From an uncultured Paenibacillaceae bacterium (GTDB lineage Bacteria; Bacillota; Bacilli; Paenibacillales; DA-C8): DNA of 64,000 nt. Position 1 is the stretch's first letter; the number at the start of each line of letters is the position of its first letter. A program made the translations under genes and the position numbers. The notes under the pieces were generated by a model, which saw only the letters and a list, made by a program, of their open reading frames with translations, ran no database searches and was not told the DNA's origin. Location: positions 6,816 through 70,815 of the forward strand of contig CALGAO010000031.1 of NCBI GenBank assembly GCA_937957685.1. The letters are read 5' to 3'. This document shows, piece after piece, positions 1 to 10,421 of the stretch.

Positions 1-798
1 CGTCAGGAGGATGGATGGCAGGAGCGAATAGGGCCGCTCTTCGATCGACTGCTCCAACAGGAACAGATTCGTCACCGCATCGCTCTCCACTTGTTCGATC
101 CGCTTCTTCACCCTTTGTATGGTCTGATCGTCGGCGATATTGCGCATGTACAGCATGAGCGCCGTGTTCTGCTTGCGCTTGCCGAAGGTGATCTTCTCGC
201 AACGCAGGTTGTGATCCTTGATATGCTTTCGGATGAGCGAGCGATTGACGTCCGTCGATTCGATGAACGCTTCCTTCGGGCCGCGCAGCACCTGTTCGAC
301 CTGGGGCATCTCCACGGTGCGGTATTCAAAGCCGGGCGTTTCGATGATGATCGCCCTGGAGCTCTGCGGGATGATGAGCACGGTGTTGCCGTGCAGCAGC
401 GCATCATTCAGCTCCTGGTAAGTCTCGGATTCCTTCACGGCCAGGGAAGGCAACAGCTGCTGCTTGATGATATTGATTCGTTCGGCAGGCTGGTGCGCAT
501 CGAGCTGCTGATCGTTCTCGAGGCATGGCCGGATGATGGTGCGCTCAACCGCCTGCCCGTCAGCAGCTCCTTCCACATAGAGCACCGCCGCGTCCACCTG
601 CAGCGCGCGGATGTGGATATGCCGGATCTTCAGGCTGTCGTTATCGGGGTAATCGAAGAGGTTCGCCAAGGTCTGAATATTCATCAGCATGTCGTCGGTC
701 AATTGACCGTCGATGAAGGCTCTCATCGGATCCGATTCCGATTGCGCCGACGAAAGTCCAGCGCGCGACCGGAGATAATTCCACGAACGGAATGCCAT
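1..798 (-). CDS. Spore germination protein, GerA/GerKA family A subunit (runs off window start; not in ORF track)
   Basis: Manual translation from ATG at 798 (SD AAGGAGG) is open to position 1 and contains the GerA motif EMPQVEQVLRGPKEAFIESTDVNRSLIRKHI. Confidence 0.85.
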   Translation of the reverse strand, partial: MAFRSWNYLRSRAGLSSAQSESDPMRAFIDGQLTDDMLMNIQTLANLFDYPDNDSLKIRHIHIRALQVDAAVLYVEGAADGQAVERTIIRPCLENDQQLDAHQPAERINIIKQQLLPSLAVKESETYQELNDALLHGNTVLIIPQSSRAIIIETPGFEYRTVEMPQVEQVLRGPKEAFIESTDVNRSLIRKHIKDHNLRCEKITFGKRKQNTALMLYMRNIADDQTIQRVKKRIEQVESDAVTNLFLLEQSIEERPYSLLPSILLT

Positions 799-927
799 GC
801 TCGCCCTCCTTTCCACCAGGAGAAACCCGGCTATAGTATTACGTTTTCCAAGAATGGCGCATTTTACCCAAATGAAAAACACCTTGCGCAGCCGTCAGAT
901 CATGCAAGGTGTGCCTTCATGCTTGGT

Positions 928-1491
928 TCACTTGCTGCGCAAGGTCTTCAGCACACCTGCCCAGGCGTTCAGCTGGTCAAGCATCGCATTCAACGCCTCC
1001 GCATGATGGGGAGCGGGCTTGAACGTGGTGAAGTTTTCAAAGTCGGTAAACAGCGACAAGCCGACCTGCGCCCGCACGTCCGCCACCTGCAGCTCTCCCA
1101 TGATGAGCCTGAGGTTCTCGACGGCGCGCGCGCCGAGGAAGCTGCCCCAGCTGACGAAGCCGGCCGCCTTGTTGTTCCACTCGTAGTAGATGAAATCGAG
1201 GGCATTCTTGAGCACCCCGGAGGTTGCGTGGTTGTATTCCGGCGTGCAGAACACGAAGCCATCCAGAGCCGCGATCTTCTGCGACCAGCGCTTCGTGTGC
1301 TCATGCTTGTAGTCCTGCGACATCGACGGGGGGACCGGCTCGTCATAGTTGGGGAAGTGATAGTCGGCGAGATCGACGATCTCGTATTCCGCGTCTCCAC
1401 GCTTCTGCGCATGCTCATATACCCATCTGGCCACCTGTTCGGCCACCCGTCCAGGCCGCGTGCTGCCGATGATGATGCCGATCTTGTTCAT
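928..1491 (-). CDS. NADPH-dependent FMN reductase (flavodoxin-like)
   Basis: GSTRPGR, TPEYN, LKNALD motifs; start moved to MNKIGII at 1491. Confidence 0.9.
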   Translation of the reverse strand: MNKIGIIIGSTRPGRVAEQVARWVYEHAQKRGDAEYEIVDLADYHFPNYDEPVPPSMSQDYKHEHTKRWSQKIAALDGFVFCTPEYNHATSGVLKNALDFIYYEWNNKAAGFVSWGSFLGARAVENLRLIMGELQVADVRAQVGLSLFTDFENFTTFKPAPHHAEALNAMLDQLNAWAGVLKTLRSK

Positions 1492-1801
1492 GTGTCTGAT
1501 CACCAGTCCTTCTTGAAATTGGGTTTCATCCAACTCCAAGTGTGCCCCGCGAGGCTGGCGACTATTCGGCCTGGCTCGGCAAGTCAGGCGTGACTATTGT
1601 CGAAATTGATTCGGGGTGTTCCGGAAGTCCGTATCAGGGGAGAACCGGATATTCGCCAAGAAAACGCTTGCATTGCGGCCGTATGGATTTTTATGATGAA
1701 GAAAGGTCGGATGACGTCACGTTTCGATTGGATTTCTATCATTCACCATTCAACAAAACAAAGGAGAAGTGGTCGTGAAGTCGTTCTTTTCTGTCGTATG
1801 A

Positions 1802-2611
1802 ATGATCGTGGGTGGGATTGGACTCTTCATTCTGAACGGTGCTATGGGTTGGTTCCTGTCAGAAGCGGGAATCGGAAACATCGGTATGTGGGCCATGACC
1901 GTCATTCTGTGCCTGGTGACTGTCATTCTGTATCATCTCGTGATGAGGCTTCTGGTCCGCAGAAGCACTCCGGAGATCGCTGTGCGGGGTTCGTGGAGGG
2001 AAGCGCTGCTGGGCATCCTGGCCGGGGTGATCCTGTTTGGCGCCTCCGTGACGATCATCGTGGCCATGGGCGGTTACTCCTTCGAATGGATCAAAGATGC
2101 GGATACAGGTGCGATCGTGCAGTCGACGCTCCGGGCTGCTCTGAACGTCGCCGTACTGGAAGAGCTTGTGTTTCGCGGGTTCCTGTTTCAGGCGGTGCAG
2201 CGGATGGGAGGACAATGGCTCGCGCTTGCGTTCACCTCTCTTTTCTTCGGCGCCGCGCATCTTGGCAACCCCGGAGCCACGCTGTGGAGCGCCTTTGCCA
2301 TCGCCGTCGAAGCAGGCGTGTTGCTGGGGGCGGCATATCTGTGGAGGCGCAACCTGTGGTTTGCCATCGGACTGCACTTCGCATGGAATGCCATCGTTGC
2401 CCTGATGGGGATCCCGGTGTCCGGTAACGAAGCCAGCGGGCTGTTCCGCGTCGATATGCGGGGCGCGGATCTTCTCACCGGCGGCGCATTCGGGATCGAA
2501 GGCTCGGTTGTTGTCGTCGCCATCAGCCTGCTGATCTCCGTACCGATGCTGGTCGCAGCCGCGCGTTCGCAGCCTCGGGCCGCTGCTCATGACCGCATGA
2601 CGCTGATCTGA
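1802..2611 (+). CDS. CPBP/CAAX-type (Abi) intramembrane glutamic endopeptidase; possibly disrupted at the 5' end
   Basis: EELVFRG, FGAAH and HFAWN motifs; multiple TM segments; SD-linked in-frame GTG at 1775 is followed by TGA at 1799-1801. Confidence 0.85.
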   Translation: MIVGGIGLFILNGAMGWFLSEAGIGNIGMWAMTVILCLVTVILYHLVMRLLVRRSTPEIAVRGSWREALLGILAGVILFGASVTIIVAMGGYSFEWIKDADTGAIVQSTLRAALNVAVLEELVFRGFLFQAVQRMGGQWLALAFTSLFFGAAHLGNPGATLWSAFAIAVEAGVLLGAAYLWRRNLWFAIGLHFAWNAIVALMGIPVSGNEASGLFRVDMRGADLLTGGAFGIEGSVVVVAISLLISVPMLVAAARSQPRAAAHDRMTLI

Positions 2612-2738
2612 TCCTCCTGCCCATGGGCCTGCCGGGGGTTCGGTCGTCCTCCCGCAGCCTGGGCGTGATTCGACATACGGATACCCGGCTGCACACAAAA
2701 GGCACCCTGTTCGGGTGCCTTCCCATGTCCTGCGGTCT

Positions 2739-4829
2739 TCACGCCGGCTCTCGCAAGCGGAATTTGCTCATCTCTTCTTCCAGCTTCCGTGCCATCTCCT
2801 TCAGTTGCTCGGAAGAGCTCAGGTTCTGCTCCATGGAAGCCAGCTGCTCCTCCGCGGATGCGGCCATCATCTCCGCTTCGCTGGCTGTCTTGTGCGAGAT
2901 GCTGGATACCTCCGCGATCGAGGCGGTCACTTCCTGCGTCTCGGCCGACATCTCCTCCGAGATCGCGGATACCTCCTGAATCTGGTCGTTCACGCGCTGA
3001 ATATCGGCAAGGATGCGTTGGATGGCCGTCCCGGAGCGTTGGATCGATTCCATGCCCGCAGTCGTTTCCATGCCCATCGAATCCATGATCGCTACCGTTT
3101 GATCGATCAGGGAACGAATGACACCCAGCAGCTCCGAGATGGACTTCGCGGATCGCGTCGTATCCTCGGCGAGTTTCCCCACCTCATGCGCCACGACGGC
3201 GAATCCGCGGCCTTGTTCGCCGGCGCGCGCCGCTTCGATGCTGGCATTGAGGGACAGCAGCCTGGTCTGATTCGCCACTTGCATGATGGTATGGATGATA
3301 TCATTGATGTGGGTCGAATGCTCGTCCAGTTTGGCGACGATCCGGGACGATTCCTCCTGGGTTTGCCTGATGCTCGCCATCTGCCTGACGGTATCCTCCA
3401 GCTGCTGAATGCCGTGCTCCGCATTTTCCGTGGTTTGCGCCGCGAGATTGGCCACGTCGGAGGCCGCTTCCGCGATGCGCATCACGCCGGTCGACATCTC
3501 GTTCAAGGCCGTCGCCATTTCTCGCACGGTTCTCTCCTGGATCGTCGTTCCTTCCGATACCCCTTGCAGGGAGGCGGCGACCTGCTGCATATTCCTGGTG
3601 GAATCCGAGGAGATGTCCGCCAGCTGCAGGGAAGACTGGAGAGTCGTTTCCGCCATGATGCGGTTGTAGCTGAGCACCCGGTTCATGGCGTCCTGCATGT
3701 CATTGAGGGCCGTTCCGACCAACCTCAGCTCATCCCGCGTCTTCAGCACAATCTCCTGCGAGAAATCTCCCCTGGCCATCGCTTCCGCTCGCTGCTTCAA
3801 GGTCCGAACGGTATCCATCACATTCAGGTAGAAGGCGATGTAGAAGATGACGACAAGCAGCAGACACCCGAAGGTAAAGATCATGGTGGCGTTTCGCGCA
3901 TTGATCGCATCATCGATGCGATCCTCAAGCAGCTGGACCACACGCTCCAGGCCATGATGGAACAGCTCCACAGCTACTTCGATCGCTTCCGTGCCCTTGG
4001 CAAAATAGGCGTCCGGAGCCATGTCCAGCACTGCCTTGTTGATGATCTCCGCATCAAGCAACCCGAGGAAATACTCGATGGATTGAGCCGCCTGCTCACC
4101 TGCAGTCAACAGCTCTTCCGTGTGTTCAGAGTCGTATTCGGCGATTTTGGCCAGCAGCATGTTGATTTCCGCCAGGGCTTCCTCGCTGATGCGGGATTCG
4201 AGCAACAGCTCCAGCCTGTCCTCCGCCGTCAAGGTTCGGGACGCAAGCACGCCGTTGCCGAGTCCGCGTATCCTCGCGGCCCCTTCGATCAGGGTGGGCA
4301 GTTCCTCAACGGTCATTTTCACCGTATAGAAGGAATTGATATCGGTGTCCAGCGTCAGACCGGATTCATCGGCGCTGTAGATCATCAGTTGCTTGATTTC
4401 ATTCACCAATTGGGAATGGTGATTGAAGCTTTCGGATGCTGCCAGCCCCTCATATGAGGCCAGAAGGTGCTCCCATTCTTGCCTGACGGACATCCACTGC
4501 TCAAGTGCCTTGGAGGAATCCTTATTGTGGAAATCACCGTCAACTTGCTCCATCTTGGCATGGATTCCCTGCTGTTTATCCTCAATCTTCGCCTTCGCAT
4601 CCCGATTGCCGTTCAGATACCCGTTGACCAGGCCGCGGTGCTGTTGCACTTCCAGCATGATCTGCATAAGATCGTCGATCTGCTTCACGCCCGCCAATTC
4701 TATCCTCAGGTTCTGGATCTCCCGCTGTTCGGCCGATACCAGACTATACAGGCTGTACAGGACCGGAATCAGGAACAGCAAGCTGATCAGGATGAACTTT
4801 TGCGCATACTTCAGCCTCGAGATGACAAA
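2739..4829 (-). CDS. Methyl-accepting chemotaxis protein (two TM, NIT-like sensor, HAMP, MCP signal domain); start unresolved, possibly 5'-truncated
   Basis: [24 protein letters not shown] signature; QQHRGL sensor motif; frame open to a TTG at 4940 inside the divergent usp gene. Confidence 0.85.
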   Translation of the reverse strand, partial: FVISRLKYAQKFILISLLFLIPVLYSLYSLVSAEQREIQNLRIELAGVKQIDDLMQIMLEVQQHRGLVNGYLNGNRDAKAKIEDKQQGIHAKMEQVDGDFHNKDSSKALEQWMSVRQEWEHLLASYEGLAASESFNHHSQLVNEIKQLMIYSADESGLTLDTDINSFYTVKMTVEELPTLIEGAARIRGLGNGVLASRTLTAEDRLELLLESRISEEALAEINMLLAKIAEYDSEHTEELLTAGEQAAQSIEYFLGLLDAEIINKAVLDMAPDAYFAKGTEAIEVAVELFHHGLERVVQLLEDRIDDAINARNATMIFTFGCLLLVVIFYIAFYLNVMDTVRTLKQRAEAMARGDFSQEIVLKTRDELRLVGTALNDMQDAMNRVLSYNRIMAETTLQSSLQLADISSDSTRNMQQVAASLQGVSEGTTIQERTVREMATALNEMSTGVMRIAEAASDVANLAAQTTENAEHGIQQLEDTVRQMASIRQTQEESSRIVAKLDEHSTHINDIIHTIMQVANQTRLLSLNASIEAARAGEQGRGFAVVAHEVGKLAEDTTRSAKSISELLGVIRSLIDQTVAIMDSMGMETTAGMESIQRSGTAIQRILADIQRVNDQIQEVSAISEEMSAETQEVTASIAEVSSISHKTASEAEMMAASAEEQLASMEQNLSSSEQLKEMARKLEEEMSKFRLREPA

Positions 4830-4901
4830 GTCTCGATCGTTTTCGTGTGCCGTGTGAGGTATAGTAATAGTTAAAAATGGATCAGAACAGGAAGGTGGAT
4901 T

Positions 4902-5291
4902 ATGAGTTCCATCATCGTACCCATTGACGGCTCGCCCCAATCCCTCGATGCCTTGCGCTTTGCCTTAACGATGGCCAGGAATCACGGCGACGATCTGGTT
5001 CTTCTGAGCGTGCACAGCACCTCCCATGTGCTGGGAGAGCATATGCTTGGCGAGGCGCTGTCGATCATCAGCCAGGAATCCGTTTCCTATCGAACCAAGG
5101 TCAGAGTCGGCGGCAATCCGACCATCGAGATTCACATGGAAGCCAACGACCCGGACGTCCGTTGTGTCGTCATGGGGCTGCGCGGAGCCGGGAGCAAGGA
5201 TCAATCCATCCGGACCCTGGGAAGCGTCAGTCAGGGTCTCCTGAAGATCGCCAACTATCCCGTCACGCTGGTGCCGCACAGCGTCAGATAA
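4902..5291 (+). CDS. Universal stress protein (UspA family)
   Basis: [32 protein letters not shown]. Confidence 0.9.
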   Translation: MSSIIVPIDGSPQSLDALRFALTMARNHGDDLVLLSVHSTSHVLGEHMLGEALSIISQESVSYRTKVRVGGNPTIEIHMEANDPDVRCVVMGLRGAGSKDQSIRTLGSVSQGLLKIANYPVTLVPHSVR

Positions 5292-5364
5292 GGAAGGCAA
5301 GGGGACGGGTTCCTCCCGTCCTCTTGCCGGCAGCATGCCTGAACATTACAGGGCTCCCGTTCCA

Positions 5365-5535
5365 GGGGAGCCCTTTTCATATCCGGTCTGCGAATGGAAA
5401 GTTGAGCGGCAGGCAACCCGCAGACTCTTCATGCGGAGCCCTTGCGCATCCGGTCGGCGAACGGTAAGGCGCACGACGGGCAACCTGCGAATACTGCACG
5501 TGGGGGCCTTTCATATCCGGTCGGCGAACGAAGCC
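5365..5535. repeat. Degenerate 67-bp tandem repeat (~2.5 copies) between usp and menC
   Basis: ATCCGGTC.GCGAA core at 5381, 5448, 5515 (period 67). Confidence 0.75.
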
Positions 5536-5683
5536 CATCAAAAAGGGGCGTCCATCCTGGACCCCCGCTGGTCTTTGCGATTGTGCAAGACAATTTCACC
5601 GAATTTCCAATCATAAGCCGTATGGAAGCCTTCAGCACATTGCTGCGAAGGCCAGGTCCACAGCCCTGTATGACCTGCCGCTG

Positions 5684-6793
5684 TTACCGATAGGTCTGCA
5701 CATGCAGGCTGACGTGCCGCAGATAGTCGCGATCCATCTCATAGCCGATGCCCGGTCGGTCGGGAACGGCGATCCTGCCGTCGCTCACCGTCACTTCCGG
5801 CACGATGATGTCCCGCTCCCAGTAACGGGAGGATGCGGAGATATCCCCAGGCAGCGTGAAGCCTGGCAAGGTTGCCAGCGCGATATTGTGCGCCCGTCCG
5901 ACGCCGGTCTCCAGCATGCCGCCGCACCATAACGGCACGCCGCGGGAGTGGCACAGATCGTGGATGCGAACAGCTTCCGACAGCCCGCCCACCCGTCCGA
6001 TCTTCACATTCACCACCCGGCAGCTGCCCAGCATGATCGCCTTGCGCACATCCTCGCACGCAACGAGGCTCTCATCAAGGCAGATGGGCGTCCTGAGCTG
6101 TTTCTGCAGCTCCGCATGGTCGACGATATCGTCCGCCGCGAGCGGCTGCTCGATCATCATCAGGCCGAAGTCGTCCAGCTGCTTCAGGAGCGCAACATCC
6201 TCCAGCGTATAGGCGGAGTTCGCATCCGCCATAAGGGGAAGATCCGGGAAATGCGCGCGTATGCCGCGCACCAGTTCCACGTCATGGCCGGGCTTGATCT
6301 TGACCTTGATTCTCCTGTATCCATCCGCCAGGTATTGCTCGATCACCCGATACAGCTTCTCCGGCGTCTCCTGAAGCCCGACAGCCACTCCCGTCTCGAT
6401 CTGCTGCCTGACGCCGCCGATCACCGTTGCCAGCGGCTGACCGCGCCGTCTGGCATAGAGATCCCATACCGCCATCTCCAGTCCGGCCTTCGCCATGTGA
6501 TGCCGCCTGACGAAGGCGAACAGCGGGAGCACCTCGTCCGGATGAGCGATCTCGCAATGCAGCAGCGTCGGGATCAGATACCGCTCCATCATATGCCAGG
6601 CGGTCTCGACCGTCTCCTCGGTATACCATGGGGTGGCGAAAGCGACGCACTCTCCCCAGCCGGTCGCTCCGGATTCATCCCGTACCTCGACCAGGATCGT
6701 CTCTCTGTCCGTGTAGGCGCCGTAGGAAGTGGCGAAGGGTGATTTCAGCTGCAGGCATATGCGGTGTAGGGTAATCTGCTCAATGCGCATCAC
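5684..6793 (-). CDS. menC: o-succinylbenzoate synthase (enolase superfamily)
   Basis: [32 protein letters not shown]; SD AGGAG before GTG 6793/ATG 6790. Confidence 0.92.
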   Translation of the reverse strand: MMRIEQITLHRICLQLKSPFATSYGAYTDRETILVEVRDESGATGWGECVAFATPWYTEETVETAWHMMERYLIPTLLHCEIAHPDEVLPLFAFVRRHHMAKAGLEMAVWDLYARRRGQPLATVIGGVRQQIETGVAVGLQETPEKLYRVIEQYLADGYRRIKVKIKPGHDVELVRGIRAHFPDLPLMADANSAYTLEDVALLKQLDDFGLMMIEQPLAADDIVDHAELQKQLRTPICLDESLVACEDVRKAIMLGSCRVVNVKIGRVGGLSEAVRIHDLCHSRGVPLWCGGMLETGVGRAHNIALATLPGFTLPGDISASSRYWERDIIVPEVTVSDGRIAVPDRPGIGYEMDRDYLRHVSLHVQTYR

Positions 6794-6896
6794 GATCCGT
6801 CTCCTGTTCGTTCCGGCGGCCCGCTCGCGCGGACTGGTCCGGATATAGGCGCCAGGCCTTAGGGCGCGGCACCTCGCTCCTGTCTCCTGCATCTTT

Positions 6897-7013
6897 CTGC
6901 GTCTCCTTGCCGGGGCCCAGTCGTACCGTTCTCCTGCGTCCCTTTGCATGGGCCCTGCCGTAGCGTTCTCCTGCTTATCCTGCGTCTCTTGCACGGGCAC
7001 GGCCGTACCATTC
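6897..7013. repeat. Three degenerate 37-46 bp tandem copies in the menE-menC spacer
   Basis: CTGCGTC...TTGC..GGGC.C.G.CGTA.C.TTC at 6897, 6934, 6980. Confidence 0.7.
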
Positions 7014-8478
7014 ACAGCAGCTTCGACAGCTCGCGCCTCAGCAGCTTGCCGGCGGCATTGCGCGGCAGCGCATCGACGAAGCGGATCCGGGCCGGGTGCT
7101 TGTACCTGGCCAGCCTCGTCCGGCAATGATCGCGAAGCTGCTCCTCCGTAACCGACGCTCCCTCGGCCAGCCTGACGAAGGCTACCGGCACCTGACCCCA
7201 GCGTTCGTCGGCCATGCCGCACACACCTGCCTCCGCCACCGCCGGGTGGCCGAGCAGCACCGCCTCGATCTCGGCCGGATACACGTTCTCGCCGCCGGAG
7301 ATGATCAGATCGCTTCTGCGATCCAGCACATAGAGGAAGCCATCCTCATCCACGTATCCGATGTCGCCGGTGGCCAGCCAGCCGTCCCTCAGCGCCTCGG
7401 ACGTCGCGTCCGGGCGATTCCAGTAACCGCTGGTGACATTGGGACCGCGCACCTGGATCTCGCCGGGCACGCCCGGCGCTGCCGGCTCCCCGCCGTTCAT
7501 GATGCGGATCTCCGACTGGAAGAGCGGCTTGCAGGGCGAGCCGAGCTTCGTCAGCATATACTCCGGCGGCAGCGTCACGATCTGCGATGCCGTCTCCGTC
7601 ATGCCGTACGTCTGGTAGATCGGGATGCCCTTGTCGGCGCAGGCCTCAAGCAGCGGCAGCGGCGCGGGTCCGCCGCCGAGCAGCATGCAGCGGAAGCTGG
7701 CAGGGTACCTCGCCTCGCCCAGCCGATCGAGCATGCGCGCCAGCATGTTGCTGACGACCGAGACGATCGTCACGCCTTCCTCCATGATCGCGCGGTTGAC
7801 GGCCTGTTCGTCGAACCGCTCATGGATCATCATCGGCATCCCGTAGATGACGCTGCGCATCAAGATCGACAGGCCGCTGATGTGAAACATCGGCACGGCC
7901 GCCAGCCACAGGTCGTCGCCGCTCATGCCGAGATTCAGCGCGGAGCCGATCGCCGACGCCCAGTGATTGCCGTAAGTGAGCATCACGCCCTTGGGACGAC
8001 CGGTCGTGCCGGAGGTATACATGATCGTGTTGGTCTCCTCGCTGTCGATCGTCGTCACAAGCGGCTCGTCCGAAGGAGGCACATCCGGCAGTTCGGCCAG
8101 GGCGCGCACAGACAGGCCAGGCAGCTGGCCGGCAAGCTCTCCGGCCAACTGCCTGTTCGTTTCGTCATGGAGCACGCACCGGCACGAGCAGTCCTCGACC
8201 TGATAGGCCAGCTCATGGGCCGTGAGTCTCGTGTTGAGCGGCACCAGGACCGCTCCGGTGTAGTGGACGGCGTGCACCAGCTCCGCGACATGGATGCCGT
8301 TGCGGCACAGGAAACCGACACGCTCGCCCCTATGTATGCCCAGGCTGTGCAATCGGCGCGCCACAGCGCGGGCGCGCTCGCGCAGCTCGCCGAAGGTGAG
8401 CCGGTCGCCGCCGCAGATCAGGGCGATGCGGTCCGGCGTCAACGCCGCGCGCTTCTCCAGCCAATGCGTCATCAACAT
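7012..8478 (-). CDS. menE: o-succinylbenzoate--CoA ligase
   Basis: [32 protein letters not shown]; men operon context. Confidence 0.93.
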   Translation of the reverse strand: MLMTHWLEKRAALTPDRIALICGGDRLTFGELRERARAVARRLHSLGIHRGERVGFLCRNGIHVAELVHAVHYTGAVLVPLNTRLTAHELAYQVEDCSCRCVLHDETNRQLAGELAGQLPGLSVRALAELPDVPPSDEPLVTTIDSEETNTIMYTSGTTGRPKGVMLTYGNHWASAIGSALNLGMSGDDLWLAAVPMFHISGLSILMRSVIYGMPMMIHERFDEQAVNRAIMEEGVTIVSVVSNMLARMLDRLGEARYPASFRCMLLGGGPAPLPLLEACADKGIPIYQTYGMTETASQIVTLPPEYMLTKLGSPCKPLFQSEIRIMNGGEPAAPGVPGEIQVRGPNVTSGYWNRPDATSEALRDGWLATGDIGYVDEDGFLYVLDRRSDLIISGGENVYPAEIEAVLLGHPAVAEAGVCGMADERWGQVPVAFVRLAEGASVTEEQLRDHCRTRLARYKHPARIRFVDALPRNAAGKLLRRELSKLL

Positions 8479-8508
8479 GCGCCGTACGCTCCTTGTCTCC
8501 TTCGTCGA

Positions 8509-9330
8509 TCAGGGGAAACGCGGAAACCTGGAGAAATCCGGGCGTCTCTTCTCCTTGAAGGCGTCCCGGCCTTCCTTGGCCTCGTCCGTGGTGTAATACA
8601 GCAGCGTGGCATCGCCAGCGAGCTGCTGAATGCCGGCCAAACCGTCCGTATCGGCATTAAACGCGGCCTTCAGGAAGCGGATCGCCGTCGGGCTCTTCTC
8701 AAGGATCTCGCGACACCACTTGATCGTCTCCTCTTCAAGCTGTTCAAGCGGCACGACCGTATTGACCAGCCCCATCTCCAATGCTTCCTGAGCATTGTAC
8801 TGACGGCACAGATACCAGATCTCGCGCGCCTTCTTGTGGCCGACGATGCGCGCCAGGTAACCCGCGCCATAGCCGCCATCGAAGCTGCCGACCTTCGGTC
8901 CCGTTTGTCCGAAGATCGCGTTGTCCGCTGCGATCGTCAGGTCGCACACGATATGCAGCACGTGACCGCCGCCAATCGCATAGCCTGCCACCATCGCGAT
9001 GACCGGCTTCGGGATCGTTCGGATGAGACGCTGCAGGTCCAGCACGTTCAGTCTCGGGATCTGATCCTCGCCGACATATCCGCCGTGGCCGCGCACCTTC
9101 TGGTCGCCGCCGGAACAGAACGCCTTGTCGCCCGCGCCTGTCAGGATGATCACCCCGATGCTCGAATCGTCACGCGCGGCGATGAACGCGTCGTACATTT
9201 CCATAACCGTCTTCGGCCGGAACGCATTGCGCACTTCCGGACGGTTGATCGTAATCTTCGCGATACCGTCGTACGTCTCGTAGATGATATCCTCATAGTT
9301 GCCCTGTCTGACCCATGGTACTACCGACAT
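8509..9330 (-). CDS. menB: 1,4-dihydroxy-2-naphthoyl-CoA synthase
   Basis: [37 protein letters not shown]. Confidence 0.97.
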   Translation of the reverse strand: MSVVPWVRQGNYEDIIYETYDGIAKITINRPEVRNAFRPKTVMEMYDAFIAARDDSSIGVIILTGAGDKAFCSGGDQKVRGHGGYVGEDQIPRLNVLDLQRLIRTIPKPVIAMVAGYAIGGGHVLHIVCDLTIAADNAIFGQTGPKVGSFDGGYGAGYLARIVGHKKAREIWYLCRQYNAQEALEMGLVNTVVPLEQLEEETIKWCREILEKSPTAIRFLKAAFNADTDGLAGIQQLAGDATLLYYTTDEAKEGRDAFKEKRRPDFSRFPRFP

Positions 9331-9333
9331 CTT

Positions 9334-10161
9334 TTACGCCATCCTTTCCTGATCGATCGTTGAAAGAAAATCCATCACTATTGTATCAAAAAAATCCGCC
9401 CGTTCCACATGCACCGCATGCCCCGCATTCTCCACCTCGACCAGCCGGCAGTCCGGGATCAGCTCGCGCATGCGTCGGCCGATCTCGGTGAACTTCCCGT
9501 CCAGCTCGCCGACGATCAGCTGCACGGGCATCGCAAGCTTGGTCAGGCGATCCCACCACGAGGGCTGCGCACCGGTGCCCATGCCCCGGAGGCTGCCCGC
9601 GAGCCCGCACGGGGAGTTGGCCTGGCGCTGACGGCGGATCGCCAGGCGCACATCCTCCGGCAGGCGGCGCATCGAATGGAACAGCGGGATGTTCTCCCAG
9701 TAATCGACGAATCGCTCGATGCCTTCCCGTTCGATGCGCGCCGCCAGCGCTTCGTCGCTGCGCACCCGCTCCGCCCGCTCCTCGGCCGTGGCCAGCCCGG
9801 GCGAGCAGCTCTCCAGGATGAGCGAGCGCACGCGCTCCGACTGCATCATCGCGAAGGACAGCGCGAGCCGGCCGCCCATCGAGTAGCCGAGCAGATGCGC
9901 TTGCCGGACTTCCAGCTGATCGAGCAACTGCGCAAGATCTCTGACGGCGCATTCCGTCGAGTATCGCGTCGGGTCCTGCGGCGCATCGCTCTGCCCGTGG
10001 CCGAGGACATCGACGGCGATGACGCGGAATCGCCTGCTCCACGACGGCAGGAAGGGCCGCCACGTCGAGGCGCTTCCGGTAAAGCCATGCAGCAGGAGCA
10101 GTGCCGCGCCTTCACCCGCCGTTTCCACGTGATAATGGACTCCGTTCACCTGGATCCGCAT
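9334..10161 (-). CDS. menH: SHCHC synthase (alpha/beta hydrolase)
   Basis: LHGFTG, GYSMGGR, GMGTGAQPS, AGHAVH; lies between menD and menB. Confidence 0.92.
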   Translation of the reverse strand: MRIQVNGVHYHVETAGEGAALLLLHGFTGSASTWRPFLPSWSRRFRVIAVDVLGHGQSDAPQDPTRYSTECAVRDLAQLLDQLEVRQAHLLGYSMGGRLALSFAMMQSERVRSLILESCSPGLATAEERAERVRSDEALAARIEREGIERFVDYWENIPLFHSMRRLPEDVRLAIRRQRQANSPCGLAGSLRGMGTGAQPSWWDRLTKLAMPVQLIVGELDGKFTEIGRRMRELIPDCRLVEVENAGHAVHVERADFFDTIVMDFLSTIDQERMA

Positions 10162-10183
10162 GCCTTTCCCACCTCCCTCGTCC

Positions 10184-10300
10184 GCTGTAAGCAGATGTTT
10201 TCTGCTTACAGGCGTCTCCGGCTGTAAGCCGATTTTTCCTGCTTACAGACGTCTCGCGACCGCACTTCCGGCTGCAAGCAGATGTTTCCTGCCTACAGGC
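10184..10300. repeat. Three REP-like palindromic units in the menD-menH spacer
   Basis: GCTGTAAGCAG-N7-CTGCTTACAG type hairpins at 10184, 10221, 10271. Confidence 0.8.
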
Positions 10301-10421
10301 GAACCGACGTGCAGTCTTACCTGTTCTCACGTACTTTCAACCGGTCTCTGAACCCGTCGAGGGGCGATACCCCCACCGGGCGGCTTTTTCCAGAGCCCGC
10401 AAGCTGCGGCGCCGATCCCGG

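Noticed and set aside
91-1593. 500-aa plus-strand ORF and other long antisense ORFs (e.g. 2715-4457, 7096-9363, 10470-12164, 19916-21499, 55562-57463)
   Set aside because: Shadow frames opposite well-supported genes, expected in GC-rich DNA; no motifs or SD
6794-7222. N-terminal extension of MenC to 512 aa, or a MenE-MenC fusion
   Set aside because: The extension is repeat-derived spacer plus out-of-frame menE; a good SD precedes 6793
10184-10300. Mini-CRISPR interpretation of the three palindromes
   Set aside because: Irregular short gaps, degenerate repeats, inside a housekeeping operon
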